The position numbers and the translations under genes were made by a program. A stretch of 64,000 nucleotides of DNA, from the NCBI GenBank assembly GCA_000999095.1, contig LCFP01000003.1, positions 26,839 through 90,838 on the forward strand, given 5' to 3'. The notes under the pieces are model-generated. The model was not told the origin of the DNA and ran no database searches. It saw nothing but the letters and a program-made list of their open reading frames with translations. This DNA is from Candidatus Gottesmanbacteria bacterium GW2011_GWA2_43_14. GTDB taxonomy: Bacteria > Patescibacteriota > Microgenomatia > 2-02-FULL-39-11. This document shows, one piece after another, positions 46,925-54,314 of the stretch. The stretch's first letter is position 1, and each line of letters opens with the position of its first letter.

Positions 46925-48865
46925 ATGACCAAATTCAGGCTGACAGTTTTTTTTTGCGGTTTTTTATCTTTCATTATATTTATTGCCGTTTTGACATACC
47001 TGAATTTCCACAGTGTTTACCGCTTCAAGGAGAAACTGCTTCAGTATAACGACCGCGGACTGATACTGTTTGATGTGGCCGGCAGGCCATTTTTTGAATT
47101 CGGTGAATCAAAAGTCAGACAATACATCTCATGGCAGGAAATTCCAAAGTATGCAAAAAGCGCGGTTGTGGCTGCCGAAGACAAAGATTTTTACCGGCAT
47201 CCGGGTTTTTCAGTTAAAGCCATAGCCAGGTCAATATGGAAAAATTTAAAATCAGGCTCTATATCCTACGGAGCCTCCACTTTGACGCAGCAATTGGTCA
47301 AAAATAACCTTTTATACCAGGATAAGAAACTGCTCAGAAAATACCAGGAAATTCTTATCGCTTTGCTTTTGGAACAACGCTACTCCAAAACTGAGATTCT
47401 GGAAATGTATTTGAACAGTGTTTATTTCGGCCAGGGTGCCTGGGGCATCGGCGAGGCTGCTGAAACCTATTTCGGGAAAAATGCCCATGATCTGACTCTG
47501 GCTGAAACGACTGTTTTAATAGCTGTTTTGCCTTCACCTTCACTTTACGACCCTTTAAAAAGTGACAACTATAAAAAGCGCCAGCAAACCACCCTATCAA
47601 GCATGGTCGAGCAAGGCGCAATTACCAGGGAAATGAAAAGTCAGGCGTTAGCGGAAAAGCCCGATTTTCAAAATCAGACTTCCAAGTTAAACAAGAATGC
47701 CCCTCATTTTGCCCTGATGGTTCGTGATTTTTTAAAGGAAAAATGGGGAGAGAGGGCGGAAAGTTCGGGCTGGAAAGTGCAGACTACTTTAAATCTTGAC
47801 TGGCAGAAATTTGTAGAAAATGATCTCAAGAACCAGGTGATCTTGTTAAAGCAAAAAAAGGTTTCCAACGGCGCCGCTGTAGTTTTGGACACACGAAGCG
47901 GGGCTGTCAGAGCTTTGGCGGGCAGTTACGATTGGAATGACAACCGCGTCGGCCGGATTAATATGGTTTTAAAACCCCGGCAATCGGGATCAGCCTTTAA
48001 ACCGCTGGTTTATCTGGCGGCACTTGAGGCCGGCTGGCTTACACCAGCCTCTATCCTTAATGACCGGCCTGCAAACTACAGTACGCCAACTGGTTTTTAC
48101 AAGCCTAAAAATTACGACCGGCGTTTCCGGGGTAATGTAACCGTAAGACGAGCCCTGGCTAATTCTTTAAATGTACCGGCCGTTGAAGTCATGTCTAAAT
48201 TAGGCGTTTATGATGCTCTCCGGTTTGCAGGTAAAATGGGTATTACCAGTTTAAAAGGAGCTGACAACTACGGCCTCTCTTTGGTCTTGGGCACCGGGGA
48301 AGTCAGCCTTCTGGAGCTGGCCGGAGCTTACTCTGTTTTGGGCAATAACGGCAGTTTGCATAATACATTTACGGTTATCTCCATAAGGGACAATCAGAAC
48401 AGAGAGATCTACCGGGTAAAGGATAAACCGCAACAGGTCGTAAGTCCGGAATCATCTTATTTGGTCACTTCCATTTTGTCGGATGAAAAGACTAGACGGG
48501 AAATTTTCGGCCGCCTGCTGGATACGGATACCCCTGCAGCTGTCAAAACCGGCACAACCGATGATTACCGTGATTCGGTGACTGCAGGATACACTCCTTT
48601 TATCACAGCAGCTGTCTGGGTAGGCAACAATGACAACAGTCCCATGACGGCAGTAGCCGGTTCATTGGGGGCAGCTCCTGCCTGGAAAAAGATAATTGAC
48701 GGTTTATCAAAAAGTTTTCCTGTCACGGATTTTTCCCCTCCGGAGTCTGTTGTGAAATTGAAAGTCTGTTCACCTGCCGGATTTTCGGAGCCAAATGCGG
48801 AAACAGGTGGAGGCAAAGTAGAATATTTTATGGCCCAAACGGCAAACCGCATTAAAACGTGCTAG
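46925..48865 (+). CDS. Class A penicillin-binding protein (PBP1A-like)
   Basis: EDKDFY.H.G, GASTLTQQLVKN, RK.QE; SAFK, SLN, KTG. Confidence 0.93.
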   Translation: MTKFRLTVFFCGFLSFIIFIAVLTYLNFHSVYRFKEKLLQYNDRGLILFDVAGRPFFEFGESKVRQYISWQEIPKYAKSAVVAAEDKDFYRHPGFSVKAIARSIWKNLKSGSISYGASTLTQQLVKNNLLYQDKKLLRKYQEILIALLLEQRYSKTEILEMYLNSVYFGQGAWGIGEAAETYFGKNAHDLTLAETTVLIAVLPSPSLYDPLKSDNYKKRQQTTLSSMVEQGAITREMKSQALAEKPDFQNQTSKLNKNAPHFALMVRDFLKEKWGERAESSGWKVQTTLNLDWQKFVENDLKNQVILLKQKKVSNGAAVVLDTRSGAVRALAGSYDWNDNRVGRINMVLKPRQSGSAFKPLVYLAALEAGWLTPASILNDRPANYSTPTGFYKPKNYDRRFRGNVTVRRALANSLNVPAVEVMSKLGVYDALRFAGKMGITSLKGADNYGLSLVLGTGEVSLLELAGAYSVLGNNGSLHNTFTVISIRDNQNREIYRVKDKPQQVVSPESSYLVTSILSDEKTRREIFGRLLDTDTPAAVKTGTTDDYRDSVTAGYTPFITAAVWVGNNDNSPMTAVAGSLGAAPAWKKIIDGLSKSFPVTDFSPPESVVKLKVCSPAGFSEPNAETGGGKVEYFMAQTANRIKTC

Positions 48866-48874
48866 TATAGATGA

Positions 48875-49060
48875 ATGGTTAAAGGGGACTTTGCACTGAA
48901 AAAATTACGGCATGACATCAAAAATTATTTGACGGTGATAAGATTAAATCTGTTTTTACTGAAAAAGGATTTACCTCCGGAAAAAGAACAGTTTGCAGTC
49001 AAGATTGAGGAAAAATTGGAGCTGATTTTACGGGACCTGGAAAAAAGCAAAAAAGGATAA
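48875..49060 (+). CDS. Stand-alone HisKA/DHp-like mini-protein
   Basis: H-box-like RHDIKNYLTVI plus a second helix; no catalytic domain; TGcTAGTAT (48860-48868) 6 nt before ATG. Confidence 0.65.
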   Translation: MVKGDFALKKLRHDIKNYLTVIRLNLFLLKKDLPPEKEQFAVKIEEKLELILRDLEKSKKG

Positions 49061-49066
49061 AACGGT

Positions 49067-49738
49067 TTATTCTTTGATGACGTAACCGAATCCGCGAACG
49101 GTATTAATAAGAAGCTTTTTGGAGTTTTGATCGATTTTTTTCCTTAAATAACCGATGTAGACATCAACTACCCGGGGCTCAATATAGTCAGCCGTCAGCC
49201 AGATGCGTTGAAGAATCATGTCCCTTGTCAGTACCCGTCCGGCATTAATCATCAGATACTGCAGGAGCTCATATTCCTTATGGGAAAGGCTTATTATCCG
49301 GTCACCCCTTTTTACCTCAAAGGTTTTGGTATTAAGCTCCAGGTCTGCAACTTTGAGGGATGTGCCGTTATGCTCCAAGTGGCGCAGCCTGGCTTTTATC
49401 CGGGCGATGAGCTCTTCGCCTTTGAAAGGTTTGGTAATGTAATCATCAGCACCCAGATTTAATCCTTTAACGATATCGGTCACATCATCTTTGGCAGTGA
49501 GAATGATAACCGGGAGGTCGGGAAACTTTTTTCTGATTTCCGTCATGACTGATTCACCGCTTAATTTGGGCAAACCCAAGTCCAGGATGACCAGGTCCGG
49601 CCGGCGGCTTTCCACCAGATCCAGAGCTTTTACACCGTCCGGTGCTTCTACTACTGAATAGCCTATATCAAGGAGTAAAGTGTTGATGTATTTGCGGATG
49701 TCATTGTCGTCTTCAATAACCATTACCGTTTTGATCAT
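49067..49738 (-). CDS. OmpR/PhoB-family DNA-binding response regulator (MprA-like)
   Basis: LDLGLP, LTAK, GADDYITKPF; wHTH VVDVYIGYLRKKID...TVRGFGY. Own promoter TGtTAGAAT. Confidence 0.95.
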   Translation of the reverse strand: MIKTVMVIEDDNDIRKYINTLLLDIGYSVVEAPDGVKALDLVESRRPDLVILDLGLPKLSGESVMTEIRKKFPDLPVIILTAKDDVTDIVKGLNLGADDYITKPFKGEELIARIKARLRHLEHNGTSLKVADLELNTKTFEVKRGDRIISLSHKEYELLQYLMINAGRVLTRDMILQRIWLTADYIEPRVVDVYIGYLRKKIDQNSKKLLINTVRGFGYVIKE

Positions 49739-49784
49739 AGGGGAATCATTCTAACACATTCTTACAATTTGTAAATCGGCAAGT

Positions 49785-50201
49785 TCAGCTTTTTGAAGGG
49801 TCAGGAACAGGGTTGACCTGGTTATTATCGAGTAGCGTGAAAAAATTATTAATTTCATTAACTATGTCTTTCGGGACGAGGTGGGCTTTTAAAAAAAATC
49901 CTTCAGCTCCGATTTTAAAGGCTTTTTTGATAATTTCATCCTGGCCCAAATTTGTAATCAGAAAAACGGGTGTGTTTTTGTTTTTAGATTCAGGTTTTTT
50001 TATTTCGATCAGGACATCAATACCGGTGACTTTTGGCAGCATGATATCCAAAAGAATCACGTCAAATATTTGCTGGGAAATCTTGTTTTCCGCTTCAGCG
50101 CCGTCTATCGCCAGAGTTACATCATATCCGGCTTTGCAGAACGCCCGTTCATACAGTTCCCTGATAAACTCCTCATCTTCGACAATCAGGACTTTCTTCA
50201 T
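49785..50201 (-). CDS. Single-domain response regulator
   Basis: IVEDE, LLDIMLP, ITNL, K. Confidence 0.92.
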   Translation of the reverse strand: MKKVLIVEDEEFIRELYERAFCKAGYDVTLAIDGAEAENKISQQIFDVILLDIMLPKVTGIDVLIEIKKPESKNKNTPVFLITNLGQDEIIKKAFKIGAEGFFLKAHLVPKDIVNEINNFFTLLDNNQVNPVPDPSKS

Positions 50202-50206
50202 ATCCT

Positions 50207-52498
50207 TTACTTTAACAGAATACCATTCATATTCACCTGTGACAACTTATCACCGGTTTTTATTTCATTAAAATGTTTAATACTGTCATCCGTCAAAATC
50301 GGCAGGGCAAAATAAAAAGTAGAGCCTTTACCCAATTCACTCCGGACCCATATATTTCCGTGATGCATCTCGATTATTGATTTGGAAATGAATAAGCCTA
50401 GCCCGGTCCCTTTTGACCCCTGTTCCAGCGCTCCCGACACACGGTAAAATTTGCTGAATAATTTCGGAATGGCTTCCTTGGGGATTCCCTGTCCGGTATC
50501 CATGATGGAAACAACCAGTCTTGACTTGCCGTTTATGTCGGGATTAGATTCGATTGACTCCTTTACCTTTATTGTGCCCCCCGATTGCGTGTAAGCGACA
50601 GCGTTTGACAAAAGATTTGACAGTACCTGGGAAATGCGGAAGCTGTCCGCCAAGACATGAGGAAATTTGGTAGTCAAGGGCAGGTATTCAACCGTTTGAT
50701 TTTTTGTGTGGGCAATTTCTTTAAACCCGGATACGGTATTGGAAATTGTTTCGCTCAGGTCTACGGGACTGACATCAACTTTAAAAGCATCCCGTTCAAT
50801 CCGGGCGACATTCAACAGATTGTCTATCAGGCTGTTTAAATTTCTGGTGCTGACGACCAGACGTTCAACATACCGCTTGTGTTCATCAGACAGTTGCGGG
50901 GCAATTTCGTCGCTGATGATCTGCACGTATCCCCTGATTGAAGTCAGCGGCGTCCGAAGTTCATGGGCTGCCATCGAGACAAAATCCACTTTCATCTCTT
51001 CAAGCTTTAATTCTTCGGTCACATCATGAACAGTTATAATGCAGCCTAAATTTCCGGCCCGGCTTTCGGTGATTTTGCCGGTCACCAGATTGACGCATGA
51101 CTCTTTTTGGTTAGCGACTAATCTGAGATTTTTTTTGTTAAAGATGACTCCTTCAAACGTATCATTACGGATAGGGGCATATCTGTCCGGCAGCAATTCT
51201 TCCTCTTTGTCATAAAGCCTGAAAACCTCCTTCAGGTACCGGCCGATCACCTGTTTCGATTCAGTCCCGGTGATTTTTTCGGCGGCCGAGTTAAATTGTG
51301 TTATACACTGATTCAGATCCGTGGCGATAACTCCGTCCTCGATTGCCGAAAGGATGACCGCCAGTTTATTCCTTTCGGAAGATATATTTTCTTTTTCCCG
51401 CTCCAGCTGGGAGCGGTTTGTTTTCAACTGTAAAGCCATGATATTGAGGCTTTTACCCAAATCTTCTATTTCATCCCCGCTGGTTATTTCCACTTCGGTA
51501 TCCAGATTTCCCTGCTTAATCAGATCGGTAAAATAAATAAGCTTGAGAATCGGCTGGATAAAGCGGGTGCTTAATACAATCGAACTTGCGACCAGCAACA
51601 ATAATGAGAAAGCGGCGGTCGTGAAGTAAAGATTTCGCAACATGGTAAGCTGGGCGAATATTTCCGCTTCCGGCTGTTCGACAACGACTATCCACTCCAA
51701 TCCGGGAATTTTTAAGCTGTCGGAAACGACGCGGACATTGTCTTCGTTGGTATAGACATCCGATGATTCAGGTAAAAGCTGTTCATTGTCCTCACCAGAG
51801 TCCAATTGCCGCTTGATTACCGGTCTGTCTGAAAAATTCGGTCCGGACAGGACAAGTTCGTGCTTGGGATGCATAATCAGACGGCCTTCATCATCAACTA
51901 CATAGGCAAACCCGCTTTTTCCAAGCTTCACCTGGGCAATAACGTCCGACAGCCTGTCTAACCGAAGCTGGCTTTTAACTACACCTGCAACCAAACCCAG
52001 TTCGGATACTACCGGAGTAAAAACTGAAAGATAGGGCATAGAGTCTGATTCGGAAAAATAAACTTTGGAGACGGCTGTTCTGCCGGATAAAGCGGACTTA
52101 AAAGGATCAGTCGGGATTTCAATGCTGAGGTTTTCGTCCCTTGAGACAGAATATCTGTCGGCTTTAATTAATTCCCTGCCGGTTGGGGATAAAATGCTGA
52201 TATTCTGGTAGAAAAATTTTTGGCGGATTGAGTATTTTATGACTTCGACAACTTTGTCCGGGTCAGATTCATAGTTCAGCTGAAATTCGCGTCCTATACC
52301 CAAATGGTCCAATTCAATTGACGAAGTCAGATTATTAATATATGAGGCGGCATCCCGGGCTTTCTCCTTTAGGATTTGGTTATTCTGGTTGCGGATGTAC
52401 TTTTCCGTGAGTTTAAATCCGAATGTCTGGGAAATGAAAAAGAGAACAAGAACTACGGCATATCCCAGGAGAATTTTGCTGCGGATAGACAGTTTCAT
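50207..52498 (-). CDS. dCache-HAMP-PAS sensor histidine kinase
   Basis: TM, Cache domain (G.AYVVD..G..I.HP, W.VVVEQP), TM, HAMP (DEI..L), [19 protein letters not shown]. Confidence 0.92.
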   Translation of the reverse strand: MKLSIRSKILLGYAVVLVLFFISQTFGFKLTEKYIRNQNNQILKEKARDAASYINNLTSSIELDHLGIGREFQLNYESDPDKVVEVIKYSIRQKFFYQNISILSPTGRELIKADRYSVSRDENLSIEIPTDPFKSALSGRTAVSKVYFSESDSMPYLSVFTPVVSELGLVAGVVKSQLRLDRLSDVIAQVKLGKSGFAYVVDDEGRLIMHPKHELVLSGPNFSDRPVIKRQLDSGEDNEQLLPESSDVYTNEDNVRVVSDSLKIPGLEWIVVVEQPEAEIFAQLTMLRNLYFTTAAFSLLLLVASSIVLSTRFIQPILKLIYFTDLIKQGNLDTEVEITSGDEIEDLGKSLNIMALQLKTNRSQLEREKENISSERNKLAVILSAIEDGVIATDLNQCITQFNSAAEKITGTESKQVIGRYLKEVFRLYDKEEELLPDRYAPIRNDTFEGVIFNKKNLRLVANQKESCVNLVTGKITESRAGNLGCIITVHDVTEELKLEEMKVDFVSMAAHELRTPLTSIRGYVQIISDEIAPQLSDEHKRYVERLVVSTRNLNSLIDNLLNVARIERDAFKVDVSPVDLSETISNTVSGFKEIAHTKNQTVEYLPLTTKFPHVLADSFRISQVLSNLLSNAVAYTQSGGTIKVKESIESNPDINGKSRLVVSIMDTGQGIPKEAIPKLFSKFYRVSGALEQGSKGTGLGLFISKSIIEMHHGNIWVRSELGKGSTFYFALPILTDDSIKHFNEIKTGDKLSQVNMNGILLK

Positions 52499-52502
52499 TC
52501 AT

Positions 52503-53402
52503 TTATTCCAGCCATTTCTGCTTCAGTAAAACCAGGTACCCCTGTTGTCTCAGGCTGTTCAGAGCAGTATTAATTTCCGCGATCAAATCATCCTCATTTT
52601 TCCGGAAGACCACACCGTATTCTTCCTCCGTAAAGGGTTCTCCCGCTATTTTAAGTTCCTGATTACTGTCAACAATTCCTTTGGCATTGGTCAGATCGGT
52701 GATAATGGCGTCGGCTTCCCCTTTTATCAACGCATCAGTAGCTCCGATAAAATCGTCAAAAAGAAGTACTTGATCGGGAGGGGCAGCCTTGAGAGCTTCA
52801 TCTTCACTGGTGGTTCCCTTTTGAACGGCTATCCTTTTAGCCGACAAATCATTTTCCGACTTGATGGAGTTTTCTGTTTCCAAAGTGATGATCACCTGGC
52901 CGGCATTTAAATAAGGAATGGAAAAATCAACGGTTTGTTTCCGTTCTTCATTGATGGTCACGCTCGAGAGGATAATGTCGGCTTCCCTCCTGTTCAAAGA
53001 ATTGAAAATGTCATCAAAGAGAATTGATGAGAATTCAGCTTTAACACCAAGCTTTTCGGCAATTTTATTCCCCAAGTCGATATCATATCCGGCCATCATT
53101 TGGTTGTCATCAACAAATTCCATCGGAGGATATGTTGCGTCCGTGGCGATAATGATTTTCCCGGCATTTTTAATGCGTTCTACATTCGGCAGGGACGGCT
53201 TTTCCTCCACCACCAGTTTTCTGCTTAGGGAACTTATGTAAAATAACCCGGCCCCTAATAAAACGATGAACCATAAACCAAGCACAATCAGCCATAAGTG
53301 ATGCCGTTTCGGTACGACAGGGGGTTGGGAAGGAATAGGGGAAGCGGCCGAAAGGACGGAGGACGGTTCAGGAGGGACAGTTTGATCCTGATCGGACGGC
53401 AT
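52503..53402 (-). CDS. Amino-acid-type substrate-binding protein (SBP family 3), membrane-anchored
   Basis: YPPMEF...GYDIDL, IN.ER...DFS.PY, VQKGTT, E.YG. Start at ATG 53402, behind TTGACG-17-TATGGT. Confidence 0.9.
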   Translation of the reverse strand: MPSDQDQTVPPEPSSVLSAASPIPSQPPVVPKRHHLWLIVLGLWFIVLLGAGLFYISSLSRKLVVEEKPSLPNVERIKNAGKIIIATDATYPPMEFVDDNQMMAGYDIDLGNKIAEKLGVKAEFSSILFDDIFNSLNRREADIILSSVTINEERKQTVDFSIPYLNAGQVIITLETENSIKSENDLSAKRIAVQKGTTSEDEALKAAPPDQVLLFDDFIGATDALIKGEADAIITDLTNAKGIVDSNQELKIAGEPFTEEEYGVVFRKNEDDLIAEINTALNSLRQQGYLVLLKQKWLE

Positions 53403-53555
53403 ACTTTTACCATATATCAATCACTTCGTTGCGTCAATTGTTTTTTACTTAAATCTCATAATCTATCCGGTAGCTTATTACATCCAGAGTATAACATCTG
53501 TTAGCCCATTTTTTTTCCGTTCCTACGCCAGAAATTAACAGTAATTACTCTTTCT

Positions 53556-53610
53556 TCTTACTGTCATCTTACATTTTTCTGCCTGGTGTCTAATTTCCTG
53601 AAATTAGTAT
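53556..53610 (+). promoter_or_regulatory. TCTTAC-N5-TCTTAC box plus -10 (TAGTAT 53605)
   Basis: Perfect repeats at 53556 and 53567; -10 at +49. Confidence 0.75.
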
Positions 53611-53665
53611 TTTCATTCCTAATAAAAAATTCAAACATAAGGAGAAAGGAGGTGAAAAAAAACAA

Positions 53666-54253
53666 ATGAAGAAAGCTATTGGATCAATGGCCTTTGCAGC
53701 CGGACTGCTTCTGATGAGCGGTGTCCCTGCCATGGCCAAGGAATACTGCGGTAATAAAATTACAGGCCCTTTCAGTTATAACCGCTGCAAAATCGATAAT
53801 GAAAAGAAAATTTATATCGATTTAGATCAAAGAGCCAAGGTTAAGAATTATGTTCATACCGATTTCAATACCGGAAATAATTCGGAATACACAACCAAAG
53901 CCAAAGGAGGTCACACAAGCGGTGATGTTGATGCTGATGTAAAAATATACAATGACGTTAACAGCGCTAATCTCCTTATAGCACAGGGCGGAGACGGTAA
54001 CGGACAAAAAGGAAGTAATTATGTTACCGGTCCGTTTTCTCTAAACACAGTCGAAATAAAAGACAAAGCCAAGATTGACGTGGATTTGAATCAGAACGCG
54101 TATGTTAAAAACGATGTCACTGTCAACGCGAATACCGGAAGTCAATGCAAATTTACCACAATTTGCAACACCGGAAGTTCAGGCGACATTGATTCGGACG
54201 TGAAGATTGTAAATAAAGTTAACGATGCGGTATTGACTGTTGTTCAAAACTAG
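53666..54253 (+). CDS. Secreted Asn/Asp-rich beta-repeat protein (two internal repeats)
   Basis: SD AAGGAGGTGA; signal peptide ending AMA; duplicated N..TGPFS.N...DL.Q.A.VKN....NTG...SGD.D.DVKI.N.VN. Confidence 0.8.
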   Translation: MKKAIGSMAFAAGLLLMSGVPAMAKEYCGNKITGPFSYNRCKIDNEKKIYIDLDQRAKVKNYVHTDFNTGNNSEYTTKAKGGHTSGDVDADVKIYNDVNSANLLIAQGGDGNGQKGSNYVTGPFSLNTVEIKDKAKIDVDLNQNAYVKNDVTVNANTGSQCKFTTICNTGSSGDIDSDVKIVNKVNDAVLTVVQN

Positions 54254-54271
54254 GTAACAACAATTACCTTT

Positions 54272-54314
54272 AAGCAAACTCTCCAAGGTACCTGCCTGGG
54301 AGAGTTTGTTTTTT
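54272..54314 (+). terminator. Rho-independent terminator
   Basis: CAAACTCTCC...GGAGAGTTTG followed by a T run. Confidence 0.8.

Noticed and set aside
49750-49765. TCTAAC/TCTTAC pair upstream of the OmpR regulator as an autoregulatory box
   Set aside because: Spacing is 10 rather than 11, orientation is opposite to the gene, and the first copy is explained by the -10 (TAGAAT). Left unresolved.
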